Of a stretch of 64,000 nucleotides of DNA, positions 10,023 to 20,183 are shown one piece after another; position 1 is the first letter of the stretch, and each line of letters begins with the position of its first letter. A program made the position numbers and the translations under genes. The stretch comes from a virus, in IMG/VR virus record IMGVR_UViG_3300045988_159775, one strand, 5' to 3'. The notes beneath the pieces are model-generated. The model saw only the letters and a list, made by a program, of their open reading frames with translations. It did no database searches and was not told the origin of the DNA.

Positions 10023-12061
10023 TATCTTTTACCCGGAATTGAATTGGGACTTGCGCCATTACCGTATATGATCTTAACTCCCGTTGTCGTCAAAATATTT
10101 TTTATATCCGTTAAGCCTTTAGTTAGAGAACTTGAAAGTTCAGCTGCTTGCCCTATCCAAGTCTCTTTATTGAGATTACCCTTATAGTCAATTTCGTCTT
10201 GGTTTACAACTCTTCTTCCGTTCTTTAAAAGGTTTCCGGCTTGTCCGGAAGTAATAGCTTGTATTTCCTTATCCAAACGGTCTGGAGCAATGTTAGGGAA
10301 TAATGATTTGAAGACAAAATATCCCATAGTGGTATTCGTCCCTCCGTACATTTGTTCTACGCGTTGAATTACGGCTTGTAAGATTTTACCCTCATTCGCT
10401 GGGTCTCTCAACTCACGATCGATCAAATCCATTCTACCCTCCGTTTCGGGGAAAAGATCGGATACCGTTCCATAAATCAATGCCTTCATACGTTCGTTCA
10501 TAGGATTTTGTATTGCGTCTTGAAAACTTGCAATATCTGTACCTAAACGAGCGTCTTGTTGAACTCCGGTTGCTGAAAATGCCGCTAACGTATTATTTGC
10601 CCAATTGTAATTAGGGTTATCAGTCCGATTCATATAAGAAGCCATGATTTGTTGTTGAATATCAAACTTCTCTTGTACTCTACTGAAATCCCCCAAAGAA
10701 ACTCCAGAACCCTCAATGGCTGAAAGAACTGTAACCAATTTACTTATTGCGTCCGTTACGTTTTCCCCGTAGCGATCGTATTGAGCACCGCGCGCTAAAG
10801 CACCATTATCCAATGCTAAATTTCTTTCCAAAGCAACTCCTGATAAAGTTTCCTTATACCAATCATCCGTTGTACCTCTTGCGCGAATTCTCCGAACGGC
10901 TTCACTATAAAAGTCATCCATATTCATGCGCAAGTCTCCCGGTCTTAGTCCATTTATAGAAGCATCTCCGATATTTTGAGCTAAAAATCCCATGCCTCTT
11001 TCTCCGCCATATCCTCCAGCGGTAGAACGGAACGCAGCTAATTGACCTAAATTATCATAGTTTTCCGATATATGTTGGTATCCTTGTGCGGCGGCGGCTG
11101 CTATTCCTACCCACGGCATAAATCGGGCTGCGGCTTGTAAGCCCATACCGCCTAATCCAGCAAACATTCCTCCAGCACCCAAAACCATACTTCCCAGATT
11201 ACCCGAACTTGCACCGCTGAGAAAGTTCTGTATTCCGATCGTACCTTGAAGTAGAGTGTCTCCTACTCTCATTCCTCCGCCTGATCCTTGATTACCGTTA
11301 CCACTGGAAAAAATACGCTTTAGTTGATCATCAATTTGTTGAATACTTCTTTGAGATTCCATAGCGCCTGCTTCCGTAGGAGAGTTATCACGAGCATTTA
11401 CCAATCTTCGCCGTTCTTCCCGAAGTTGATTTATATAAGAATTCGGATCACTTCCGGTGGCAGATTCCTTGTCTATTCGCTTTGCTTCCTCTGTTAAGGC
11501 TTTTAAAGCGTCTGTAAGTTCTCTTTCTACAGATTCCCTTTCTTGGGATTCTTGTTTATCAAGTTCATCAAATTCTGGATCGAAACGCGAACCTACCTCA
11601 CGATAACGGCGTTCACGTTCCGTATTAATTTGTTGATCTAATATGGAACGGTAAAGAGGATCATTTGCCCTTGGTCCAAGATTGTTTAAGCCCTCCGAAC
11701 GCCTTTGTTCAAGGTCTTTATCTATCTTCTCATATTCCGATTGAAGACGGCTTTGTAAATCACTTCTACGCTCATCGTACCTATTAGTAATTTCACGGTT
11801 AGCGGCTTCGCGTTGAGACGCTGTTACATCATCCAAAAGGCTACGATAAGATGGGGGATTTGAGCCACCCATAGTGCGTTGGCTTTGAATTTCTTGACGT
11901 ATTTCTTCCAAAAGTCTATCACTTGGAGGCAACACTGGCGGTCGTGTAAAATCCATTTCGCGTCCTAAATCCCTCACAGGTTGATCAGGAGAATTTGAAA
12001 CGTTGTCCAATTCATCCCTTAATCCTTGAGCATTTCCGCGAATATTAACCGTTACATCCAT
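10022..12061 (-). CDS. tail tape measure protein
   Basis: 679 aa. It has a coiled-coil, charged N-terminal half, then the Gly/Ala-rich hydrophobic segment GAGGMFAGLGGMGLQAAARFMPWVGIAAAAAQG. It follows the chaperone pair. Confidence 0.75.
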   Translation of the reverse strand: MDVTVNIRGNAQGLRDELDNVSNSPDQPVRDLGREMDFTRPPVLPPSDRLLEEIRQEIQSQRTMGGSNPPSYRSLLDDVTASQREAANREITNRYDERRSDLQSRLQSEYEKIDKDLEQRRSEGLNNLGPRANDPLYRSILDQQINTERERRYREVGSRFDPEFDELDKQESQERESVERELTDALKALTEEAKRIDKESATGSDPNSYINQLREERRRLVNARDNSPTEAGAMESQRSIQQIDDQLKRIFSSGNGNQGSGGGMRVGDTLLQGTIGIQNFLSGASSGNLGSMVLGAGGMFAGLGGMGLQAAARFMPWVGIAAAAAQGYQHISENYDNLGQLAAFRSTAGGYGGERGMGFLAQNIGDASINGLRPGDLRMNMDDFYSEAVRRIRARGTTDDWYKETLSGVALERNLALDNGALARGAQYDRYGENVTDAISKLVTVLSAIEGSGVSLGDFSRVQEKFDIQQQIMASYMNRTDNPNYNWANNTLAAFSATGVQQDARLGTDIASFQDAIQNPMNERMKALIYGTVSDLFPETEGRMDLIDRELRDPANEGKILQAVIQRVEQMYGGTNTTMGYFVFKSLFPNIAPDRLDKEIQAITSGQAGNLLKNGRRVVNQDEIDYKGNLNKETWIGQAAELSSSLTKGLTDIKNILTTTGVKIIYGNGASPNSIPGKR

Positions 12062-12070
12062 ATTAAAATC

Positions 12071-12397
12071 TTATTTATCAAATTCCTCTAAATTCAAATT
12101 TTCAAAATCTTCATCAATTTCTTTTTGAGACATCTTAACCGTTTCCTTTTCTCCTAAAAGATCATCTATGTAGCTCTCCATTTCATTTTCTTCCGGCGAA
12201 CGTAGAGTTTTATTCCAAAACAACGTTTCTTGATATTCAATGGCCATGTCTATAAAATTCATAGACCTATGAGCCGGGGAACCAAAAGGTACATTGTATT
12301 TTTTCCTCCACCATAGGTCTATCAAGAATTTTGACCAGTCAAAGATGAAATTATCAATCCTCTCCGTCAACGGTATCACTTTTCTGATCATTTCCAT
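12071..12397 (-). CDS. tail assembly chaperone-like protein (second of a pair)
   Basis: 108 aa with an acidic C-terminus. It overlaps the upstream ORF by 44 nt, in the classic position between tube and tape measure. Confidence 0.45.
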   Translation of the reverse strand: MEMIRKVIPLTERIDNFIFDWSKFLIDLWWRKKYNVPFGSPAHRSMNFIDMAIEYQETLFWNKTLRSPEENEMESYIDDLLGEKETVKMSQKEIDEDFENLNLEEFDK

Positions 12398-12752
12398 GAC
12401 TTTCTCCTACCGTGTATAGATTTTCCAATAAAGAATTATACCAAGGCTGTACGTGCTCCTTATATGCGTCTACGACAATCTTCATTCTCTCTGGAGAAAG
12501 TTCGGTCAAATTCTTAACTTGCATCATTCTACGGATACGCGGACAAAGAACTTCAAAAAAGGCTAACGCATCAACCATATCTAAGGCATAAAACGCGCTA
12601 CGAACTCCGGAAGCCGCCATTGCTCCATATTTATTTCCGGTTAAGGATTGCTTGAGAGATTCAAGATCAATCATTTGACCAACATTAGGAAATGTTACTG
12701 TAACTTTCTCACCCAAAAAAGTAAAGGTTTTCTTTCTTTCAATAGTTTCCAT
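12354..12752 (-). CDS. tail assembly chaperone-like protein
   Basis: 132-aa ORF immediately downstream of the tube gene. Confidence 0.5.
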   Translation of the reverse strand: METIERKKTFTFLGEKVTVTFPNVGQMIDLESLKQSLTGNKYGAMAASGVRSAFYALDMVDALAFFEVLCPRIRRMMQVKNLTELSPERMKIVVDAYKEHVQPWYNSLLENLYTVGESHGNDQKSDTVDGED

Positions 12753-12775
12753 TTTCTTATACGATTTTATATAAA

Positions 12776-12816
12776 CAAAAAAGAGTTACACCGCATATAT
12801 TTGTAGTGTAACTCTT
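12776..12816 (-). terminator. intrinsic terminator after the tube gene
   Basis: Perfect 10-bp stem AGAGTTACAC/GTGTAACTCT (12782-12791 and 12806-12815), followed on the minus strand by TTTTTTG. Confidence 0.7.
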
Positions 12817-12837
12817 TATAATTGATCAGCAAATTGG

Positions 12838-13335
12838 TTATGCTATATCATTGTAAAGAATCGGATTGGTATATTCAAATTCCGTATCCCGTCCTGATAT
12901 CTGTCCCTCTTGGACATCAAAGCCCTCACGGGTAGCAAATGCACCGGAAACTTTTGCGAAAGTTTCATACTTAGTACTTACAAGTCCGGTCTCCAAATCT
13001 ATCTCTCCATCTTTTACTTTACGTAGAATAGCAATTTCCAAACCATCTTCCTGCATCAGAATAGCGTTTGCCCATTCCTCAATAGTACCAGCGTTTCGGA
13101 ACGTTCCTAACTTCATTTTGTTAGCCAAAAGATTGAAGTTGATAGAATAAGAAGAACAAGTTAAACTTCCTGTCCATTCCAAGGCAGGCAATTCTTCCGG
13201 ATTCAATCTACCTAAACCCGATACCCGTCCACGGCGAATATTTTCGGTAATACGAACGTTTTTCATTTTACCAACCGTAACGCTGTTTATCTGAATAACC
13301 GCTAAAGGCGCGGTGAATACTCTTTCATTACTCAT
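12838..13335 (-). CDS. tail tube protein
   Basis: About 165 aa, directly downstream of the sheath gene. The ORF-track start at 13341 is TTG; the first ATG is at 13335. Confidence 0.6.
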   Translation of the reverse strand: MSNERVFTAPLAVIQINSVTVGKMKNVRITENIRRGRVSGLGRLNPEELPALEWTGSLTCSSYSINFNLLANKMKLGTFRNAGTIEEWANAILMQEDGLEIAILRKVKDGEIDLETGLVSTKYETFAKVSGAFATREGFDVQEGQISGRDTEFEYTNPILYNDIA

Positions 13336-13352
13336 CGTCAAAAATATTTATG

Positions 13353-14972
13353 TTATACCGTTGTGTAAAAATCTAACATATTGCCGACAAAGAAAGTTTT
13401 GTTGACTGGAACGTTAGGAATAAAATCATAGGTGATAAAGTAGTCGCTATTTTTAGCACTAACTTTAACATTTTTCCAAGAGACAATCAAATTATCATTA
13501 CCCGGATAAGCCACAAGGCTTTGAAGTTTAGTTTCCGTGAAATTTTTAACAGATTGAGGACTTGACTGAGCTACGGTATTACCCGTAAAACGCGCTTGAC
13601 CATCAATGATGAGTTCTTTGTTTAATTGAGCTTTAATCAACTCAATTGAAAGTTCCAAACTTTGGCCATCATCGGCAATAGTCTTTTTGTTATCCTGTAA
13701 GGTCGTTACACCTTGATTAACTACCCAATAACCGCCTACGTTACGTACATGCATGATACCTGCTTGTAACGCTTCCACGCGTTCGTCTTTCTTAAGATCG
13801 TAAACGAAACTTTGATAGCCAACGCGTTTAAAGGTCAAAGGAGTCTGAGCCGCCATACCAGCATTTAATCCTACGATAGCCGCAGTAAGATAGATTGGAT
13901 CTAATTGCTTAGTACCATTTTGATCCTTGCGCGCTACTTCCGGTGCTCCATGAACGCAAACTACTTGTCCGCTGTTGAAATACTTAGCAATACTTTCTGA
14001 ACTGTTAGTATCTCCAAACAAATCAACATCTGAACCTCCACCCGGTACGAACATAAATTCAGTGTACTTTGCGTCTTGTTTCAAAAACGTAAATAACTTA
14101 CCGTTAGTTGCTGCATCAACACCTGCTCCGGCTTCTGCATTTTTATTAGTGCAAAGGAAGAATGTAACGTCCAATTCTGAAATTGCCTCAAGCACATCAG
14201 CGTACTCTGTATCTTTCAAGAATTCGGTTGTTCCTCCTGAAGCAAGAACTTGTTCTACAACGGTTAATTCAGTTGAACCCTCTCCGGTCATTGTAACCAA
14301 GAAGTTAGCAAGAACTTGTTTGTTGGTACTTGCCCAATCAAATAAATCTTGTAGAGTGTCGCTTGCAGGACTTTCAGCAATTAGGTTAGGCATAGCAGCA
14401 TCCAAAGTCTTAGAACCATAAGGTTCTCCAGCGGCATCCACTCCCATGAATGAACCTTTATAAATTTGAAGAATGTATTTGCTTCCCGTAGTAGCAATGA
14501 CTTTTGCTCCATAACCTACTTTCAAAACTCCATCTACAGCTACGCCATTACTTGCAATGCCCTCGTTTTTGCATTTAAAATCAAGGGCGTTACCCTCTGA
14601 GATTTTAACCGAAAGCGTTGCGCAAGTAGTAGTCGCTGCTCTTGTATAGTAAAGTTTTGGCGTTCCTGCTACACCATCAACTGGTGTAAAAATCTTTTCA
14701 GCAAGGTTTCCTACATAACCACCGCCCATAAATGCAAGGAAGTCCTCGTAATTAGTGAATCCATAAACTGACTTTAATCCTTGATTAAGTTCACCATGGA
14801 CTCCGGAACCACCTGCAAATTCATATGAACCGTCTATGCTTAACCCAGTATCAATGATCATTACGTTTCCAAACGTAGCGACATTTACAACTGAGGTAGG
14901 ATTGTAGACCGTTGCTGCATAAGAACCCGGCTCAACGTAGTTCTTACCGTGAAAATTAACAACTGTTGCCAT
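13353..14972 (-). CDS. contractile tail sheath protein
   Basis: About 539 aa counted from MATVVNFHGKNYVEPGSY (ATG at 14972). Size and its position upstream of tube, chaperones and tape measure fit a sheath. The longer ORF to 15059 overlaps the upstream gene and looks spurious. Confidence 0.7.
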   Translation of the reverse strand: MATVVNFHGKNYVEPGSYAATVYNPTSVVNVATFGNVMIIDTGLSIDGSYEFAGGSGVHGELNQGLKSVYGFTNYEDFLAFMGGGYVGNLAEKIFTPVDGVAGTPKLYYTRAATTTCATLSVKISEGNALDFKCKNEGIASNGVAVDGVLKVGYGAKVIATTGSKYILQIYKGSFMGVDAAGEPYGSKTLDAAMPNLIAESPASDTLQDLFDWASTNKQVLANFLVTMTGEGSTELTVVEQVLASGGTTEFLKDTEYADVLEAISELDVTFFLCTNKNAEAGAGVDAATNGKLFTFLKQDAKYTEFMFVPGGGSDVDLFGDTNSSESIAKYFNSGQVVCVHGAPEVARKDQNGTKQLDPIYLTAAIVGLNAGMAAQTPLTFKRVGYQSFVYDLKKDERVEALQAGIMHVRNVGGYWVVNQGVTTLQDNKKTIADDGQSLELSIELIKAQLNKELIIDGQARFTGNTVAQSSPQSVKNFTETKLQSLVAYPGNDNLIVSWKNVKVSAKNSDYFITYDFIPNVPVNKTFFVGNMLDFYTTV

Positions 14973-15009
14973 AATCTTTAGTTTATATTTTTCTTTATTA
15001 TTCAATATC

Positions 15010-15735
15010 TTATACCTGTTCTCCTCTCGGTTTAACAGGTATGCAACGAGTTTTATCAAATGGATCGCAAATACGCATTTGATACCAAAATCCTTTCATT
15101 ACCTCGTCTTTCAAAAGTTTTGAAACTGTCAATTCGTACTTAAACGAAATATTGAGAGATTTATGAAATACTGGAATGGGTTCTATGTCTTGCTGAACGG
15201 CAATATCTTGTCCCGATAAAACGGGGATTCTTAACCCCATAAGTTCCAAATGCTCTTGTACCATTAATAGCATACTTTTGAGAACGTTATACACGATATT
15301 CACTTCAGAAGAATTATATCCCGTAATGAGAACTTGGTACGTAGTATCATACATCGTTGTAAACTGTTGTTGAATACTTTCCGTAGCTCCCGAAGAAGCA
15401 GAGGTTATTTGATCAAGGTATCCCTCGTTTCCTCCTATATCAGACATTGCGTTCTCTCCCGGAAGAAGAATTGCTAAAGAAAGTTGTTTTGCCGTCTCAA
15501 GATTATATCCAAACGTTACGTTTAAATTATCTGGAGTGAGAAATACTTTCTTTGCTTGTTTGAAGAAATAGTAAAGATTCATCTTCAAGGGCTTCCCCTC
15601 TTCATCCGCACCTAAAAGTTTGTACAAAATCGTATCTTCATCCGCAGAAGCGGTTTCAAGATCATCTCTTAAAAGTTTGACGATCGAATCCAACGTGTTA
15701 TACAAAATAACTTCCGGTAATAATATAGCACTCAT
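15010..15735 (-). CDS. head-tail joining / tail completion protein
   Basis: 241-aa ORF between the capsid and sheath genes, overlapping the upstream gene. Confidence 0.4.
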   Translation of the reverse strand: MSAILLPEVILYNTLDSIVKLLRDDLETASADEDTILYKLLGADEEGKPLKMNLYYFFKQAKKVFLTPDNLNVTFGYNLETAKQLSLAILLPGENAMSDIGGNEGYLDQITSASSGATESIQQQFTTMYDTTYQVLITGYNSSEVNIVYNVLKSMLLMVQEHLELMGLRIPVLSGQDIAVQQDIEPIPVFHKSLNISFKYELTVSKLLKDEVMKGFWYQMRICDPFDKTRCIPVKPRGEQV

Positions 15736-16535
15736 AATATTGCTTCTAAATAATCCATTACTTCATTCTCTACGATCGTGTTTATATCCGTAGTTCGCAC
15801 TGCTTCTTCCGCAAGGCGATAGGCTTTCAAACCTTTATTGATCCAGCTCAATGGGTCTGAGTTAGCGCTCGCCCTACGGAATGTGAAGTAAGTGTTTTGG
15901 GAGGATTTACCGTATTGCGCTGTACGCTTGGTAAGTCCCTCATATATAGAGTTTTTGTGTTCATATTCAGCGTAATAAGAAGAAGTGGGAGTTGCTTCTA
16001 TTGCAGCACGTGAACGCGGTACGTCATAAGGACTTGGAATTTCACCACGAGTCAAAGGTATTCCCGAACCGCGTTTTCTCATAATCTTGTAAATCTCCGC
16101 AGGCATAACATTTGCGAAGCCTGCTTGACCTAACGTTCCCGGCGTTCCCATACGGAATGGAATGGTCAAATACCAATCCCCTCCTTTATTCAACATACCT
16201 CCCTTTCGATTGTATACTGGGATAGTTCTTTTTGCCTTTGGGGAATTCTTAAACCCCGTTTTCATATCAAACGGACTTGCGCCCTGTTCGATCATATTAG
16301 GTAAAGTGCCCGTTAATAGTATTTGTTTCTCGAATTTGCCCTTATCTACTTGAATGAGGTTACGTAGGTATTCCTCAGCTGTAGAATTTAATCTCTGCTT
16401 TGCTAATGCCTCCCAGTTAGCGTAAATAGCAGCCGTTACAGCATTAACGCAAGTTTCGGTTAAGAAGTCTATTTGATTAGCCGCTAAACCGAATTGATGA
16501 CGCAATCCTGAAAGGTCTATTACAATGGGATTCAT
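15732..16535 (-). CDS. head-tail connector/neck protein
   Basis: 267-aa ORF in the overlapping connector gene chain. Confidence 0.4.
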   Translation of the reverse strand: MNPIVIDLSGLRHQFGLAANQIDFLTETCVNAVTAAIYANWEALAKQRLNSTAEEYLRNLIQVDKGKFEKQILLTGTLPNMIEQGASPFDMKTGFKNSPKAKRTIPVYNRKGGMLNKGGDWYLTIPFRMGTPGTLGQAGFANVMPAEIYKIMRKRGSGIPLTRGEIPSPYDVPRSRAAIEATPTSSYYAEYEHKNSIYEGLTKRTAQYGKSSQNTYFTFRRASANSDPLSWINKGLKAYRLAEEAVRTTDINTIVENEVMDYLEAIL

Positions 16536-17341
16536 TTTACAGAATTTTCAAATATTTCTGCATCAAAATTTTGAGCGTTGAAAATATAATGAGCTTTACG
16601 AGCTACTATGTTTATAGGCATCTGGGTGAGTCGTTCATTTGAATATGAACAATTCCTCTCCCTAACTTTCATCAATTCCCGATTTACGTCAACAACATGA
16701 TAAACCGGATAATGGGAATATCTTATTGAAACCGTTATGATCGGTTTTTCCATAGGAGGAACTATGATTTTATCAATCAAACTCTTATCAAACGTTATCT
16801 TATTACCGCTAACTGTGTAAAGATTTTCTGGTATAGCGTACAAGGGTTCATCGTCAGAGATAAAAAGATAAATTGATTTAACCTCTAAGGGCTCATATAC
16901 CGGATAAGCAACCAGCGCATCACGGAAAATTATAGGGCGAAGAATTTCTGAAAACCACTCTTCCAAATCCGTCAATATAATTCTATCCATGAATCCTAAT
17001 TTATCCGAACCTCTTGTAGTTATAGAAGCCGTACCCTTGTTTACCTCTCCCCAATCTTGGTATCTTTTCTTGCTATCCATATGCTGGGCGATAACTACCG
17101 TTTCACGGCGATCTACGAAAAACCAACCGCGTCCCAAGCAATTTTTACAAGTAGATAAAGCCTGCCCTGTAGTTTTATCGCAGCAAGGACAACGCATCGC
17201 CCGATCTATCAGAGCATCATAGCCCTGAGAAGATATAAGTTGATCAAAATCATTCACTCTCCAATATGCTGCAGTGGGGGCTGGTGTTGGAGCATTTTTT
17301 GAAATGATCGGTTTTTGTAATATACTTTCTCTCTTCGGCAT
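16532..17341 (-). CDS. virion-associated protein with zinc-ribbon motif
   Basis: 269 aa. RCPCCDKTTGQALSTCKNCLGRG provides CxxC...CxxC. It lies in the connector gene chain. Confidence 0.4.
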   Translation of the reverse strand: MPKRESILQKPIISKNAPTPAPTAAYWRVNDFDQLISSQGYDALIDRAMRCPCCDKTTGQALSTCKNCLGRGWFFVDRRETVVIAQHMDSKKRYQDWGEVNKGTASITTRGSDKLGFMDRIILTDLEEWFSEILRPIIFRDALVAYPVYEPLEVKSIYLFISDDEPLYAIPENLYTVSGNKITFDKSLIDKIIVPPMEKPIITVSIRYSHYPVYHVVDVNRELMKVRERNCSYSNERLTQMPINIVARKAHYIFNAQNFDAEIFENSVK

Positions 17342-17352
17342 AATCTTATCTC

Positions 17353-18150
17353 TTAAAGAACATCAAACGCGATACCGCGATAACGAGATGTAAGCGTAGG
17401 CAGTTCTTGATTCATTTGATTTGTATAAAGGTCTATTCTACCGGCAAACAATCCCCCTCTTGCTGAACGTGCTAAAGGAGTTGTTTGAGTTACGCCGTCC
17501 AAAGATATATTTATGCTCGTCATTCCAGCGCCATAAATTACATCTCCCACTATCGCCAAGACGTTTAAGGCTGCTAATTTTCCTACAAAGTCCATTAAAT
17601 CAGCCGGAATTTTACACCATCCGGTAATATACCGTGTACGCCAATAGTTAGGTATGTAAGTTTGACCGAACCAGCCAAGATGCGGAGATATACCGTTATA
17701 AATCAATGAATTATTAGTCATCGTTGCTCCCTCTCTACTTCCAGTATTGGGTATAAGGTATATATTCCGATATACAGCAACGGATTCAATTTTCTTAATA
17801 GACAACCACTCACGCGGATAAGTAATCTGACATACATCGTTTATCCAACCGTCAAGATTATCTATATAATCAATAGGGTACATAGTTCTGATATAGCCCC
17901 AAGACATGAATTCTTGGCGGATATAATCGCGGTTTTCTTCTATGACTTGTTTAGTTAGCTTAATACTGAAAAGATTCTCTACCTTTGTTTGAGCAGAGGA
18001 AAGAGCATTTTTGATACTCTGAGATGAGATTTTGCGTCCGTCCGTAGTACACATTGGAATACCAAACAAATAAAGTTCGGATAACTCCGTAGGACTAAGC
18101 GCAAAACCCTCGTTTTTATTGTATAATATTTTCAATCTTAAAGCAGCCAT
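17353..18150 (-). CDS. head completion/adaptor-like protein
   Basis: 265-aa ORF downstream of the capsid module. Confidence 0.4.
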   Translation of the reverse strand: MAALRLKILYNKNEGFALSPTELSELYLFGIPMCTTDGRKISSQSIKNALSSAQTKVENLFSIKLTKQVIEENRDYIRQEFMSWGYIRTMYPIDYIDNLDGWINDVCQITYPREWLSIKKIESVAVYRNIYLIPNTGSREGATMTNNSLIYNGISPHLGWFGQTYIPNYWRTRYITGWCKIPADLMDFVGKLAALNVLAIVGDVIYGAGMTSINISLDGVTQTTPLARSARGGLFAGRIDLYTNQMNQELPTLTSRYRGIAFDVL

Positions 18151-18170
18151 ATCAGAACTATGTTAATTTC

Positions 18171-18578
18171 TTATTCTTCTTCGTCACCCTCTTCAGTTGC
18201 TTCATCGTACTTCTGAAGTAGATAAGCAGCCAAAAGTTTTTTGCTTGAGATCTTTTCCCATTCTTCTACCGGAAATTCACCCTCCGTAGCCATAGCCTTT
18301 AATTCAGCCATAGACATAGTTTTGAGTTTTGCTTCCAATTCTTCTCTTTCGTTTGCTCCCTCTTCATCATCTTCTTCGGTTTCTCCCTCTTCAGTTGCTG
18401 CATCAACAACATTCTTAACTTTAGAAGCATAATTCCAATCATTCGTGCCCGTTACCAATGCTATTGCACATTTAGGTGATACGTCCGTAACCCCGTTAGC
18501 GTCAATTGAAATTTCACCATCTATCGGCACGATAAGTTTCATTGATGAAATCTTCGGGTTTTTTGCTTTAATCTTCAT
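18171..18578 (-). CDS. acidic capsid-module protein of unknown role
   Basis: 135 aa with long Glu/Asp runs, immediately downstream of the major capsid gene and its terminator. Confidence 0.4.
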   Translation of the reverse strand: MKIKAKNPKISSMKLIVPIDGEISIDANGVTDVSPKCAIALVTGTNDWNYASKVKNVVDAATEEGETEEDDEEGANEREELEAKLKTMSMAELKAMATEGEFPVEEWEKISSKKLLAAYLLQKYDEATEEGDEEE

Positions 18579-18596
18579 ATTGTTTTACGATTTTAC

Positions 18597-18631
18597 GAAA
18601 AAAGGGATGGACCATGAAGCCCAGCCCTTTT
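18597..18631 (-). terminator. intrinsic terminator after the major capsid gene
   Basis: Minus strand reads AAAGGGCTGG-GCTTCATGGT-CCATCCCTTT followed by TTTTCG. The stem is 10 bp with one mismatch. Confidence 0.6.
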
Positions 18632-18658
18632 ATTCAGTTTGACAATTTTTTATTTGGT

Positions 18659-20158
18659 TTATTTAATCTCCTTACCAATATTGATAAAGCGTACCATCTT
18701 CTTCGGCGCGTACAAGAACGGTGTGCCATAGAGCAACACCATAAAGCGGAATGCCGGAGAAAGAACAGCCAAATCCATCTTCATAAGCGGCGCTAATTGA
18801 GAGAACTCAACAACCTCGTTATCGAACTGGAACAATGCTGATTGGTCAGTATCCGGTAACCAACGGTTCATATCGCGGATTAAGCCTGCTGCACCACCAT
18901 CGAATCCTCTCTGAAGATCATCCAAAGTAACGTCAAAGATAGGATAAAACATGCCTGTGGCAGTACCACCAACTTTACTACGATAAATGCGGTAAGAAGT
19001 AGCCTTATTAACGCCACCACCGTCTGTGAATTTCAAATCAATTGCACATCCGGCTACAGCAACAGCAGCGGTAGCGTAAACTGACAATTCAGATTCTCCG
19101 AAACGGTTAATAGCAGTAACAGCGTACATTACGTTGCCAGCGTCTTCAGTAGCCCATTTACTTCCGGCTACGTCAGTAACTACAGCAGCAGAGGTAGTAA
19201 TATCCCAAACAGGTTTGTTAGGCGCTTTCTGAGAAGTAGCAGGAGTAGTAGAATTTTTAGCAGGCATACGGCGGAAGAAGATATCATGATTCAAGCCGAT
19301 ACGACCAAACTGGCTATCGAACGCTTGAACTTTCTGACCCATAATACCATCGCTCAATGACGGAGTATTGGGTACGATAAATTTATTGCCGTAGAAGTTC
19401 TTAACGAAGTTAGAAAGAACTGTTGGAGGGCCATAGATTTGAGTACCAAGTCCGTAGTTTTCTACGATATAGTTAGCACCGTCCTCAATAGCACTTTCAG
19501 TCAATGCAGAACCGCGCAAGTCAATTACAACTTCGCTATCCATATAATTAGCGTAAGAAGCCCAAGCGTCAGAACGCATCTGTTGAGCTAAGAAGCCGTT
19601 GAATTGTTCCGGAACGAGTTTCTCATCGCCGAAATAAAGTCCTTGATTCAAGGTACGGAGAATCCACATAGTACCATCCTTGATAGTACGTTCCATAACC
19701 GAACCAATCATCGTATTAACGAGCGTCATCTGGTGAGTTACTGACTTAGTTACTCCTAAATACTTCACCAACTGAGCTCTACGAACAAATATTGAATCTT
19801 CTTCTTCCGGAAGTTCGCCCTCACGATTCCATCCGCCACGATTAGCACCGTAGCTAACCTGCTGGTTGTATTCTTCTACGGTATTGTATGCGGGTTTCTT
19901 CGGTAGGTCTTTCCAAAGACGGATGTCACTCTCACGGAAAGTAAGATGTTTCAAAGTCTTTTCCAAAGATTCTACTTTTAACGGCGCACCGCTTGCATCC
20001 GTCATATTTTGGGTCTGCATACCGGTAATTTGTTCAGCGGCAAGAGCCTTGTTGAGCATGTCAACGTTTTCTGAACTTCCTTGACCGATAAATCGACCAT
20101 CCTGCTGAGAGGCATGGCCATAATCAGAGAGGTTGATTGATAATCTTTCAGGTGTCAT
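18659..20158 (-). CDS. major capsid protein (HK97-fold expected)
   Basis: 499 aa. It lies directly downstream of the protease-scaffold gene and is followed by a terminator. Size and position are typical. Confidence 0.7.
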   Translation of the reverse strand: MTPERLSINLSDYGHASQQDGRFIGQGSSENVDMLNKALAAEQITGMQTQNMTDASGAPLKVESLEKTLKHLTFRESDIRLWKDLPKKPAYNTVEEYNQQVSYGANRGGWNREGELPEEEDSIFVRRAQLVKYLGVTKSVTHQMTLVNTMIGSVMERTIKDGTMWILRTLNQGLYFGDEKLVPEQFNGFLAQQMRSDAWASYANYMDSEVVIDLRGSALTESAIEDGANYIVENYGLGTQIYGPPTVLSNFVKNFYGNKFIVPNTPSLSDGIMGQKVQAFDSQFGRIGLNHDIFFRRMPAKNSTTPATSQKAPNKPVWDITTSAAVVTDVAGSKWATEDAGNVMYAVTAINRFGESELSVYATAAVAVAGCAIDLKFTDGGGVNKATSYRIYRSKVGGTATGMFYPIFDVTLDDLQRGFDGGAAGLIRDMNRWLPDTDQSALFQFDNEVVEFSQLAPLMKMDLAVLSPAFRFMVLLYGTPFLYAPKKMVRFINIGKEIK

Positions 20159-20183
20159 AGTTTCCTTTTATATAAAGTTTAAT

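Noticed and set aside
12354-12397. A classic -1 programmed frameshift joining the two tail chaperone ORFs.
   Set aside because: The second ORF is in the +1 register, not -1. It has its own ATG and a TAG only four codons upstream in its frame. No heptanucleotide slippery site is visible in the 44-nt overlap. It is more simply read as two overlapping, coupled genes.
14973-15059. N-terminal extensions of the sheath ORF (to 15059) and the portal ORF (to 35365).
   Set aside because: The extensions overlap the upstream gene or an intergenic hairpin, and their translations look like AT-rich non-coding sequence. Internal ATGs at 14972 and 35290 give canonical N-termini.
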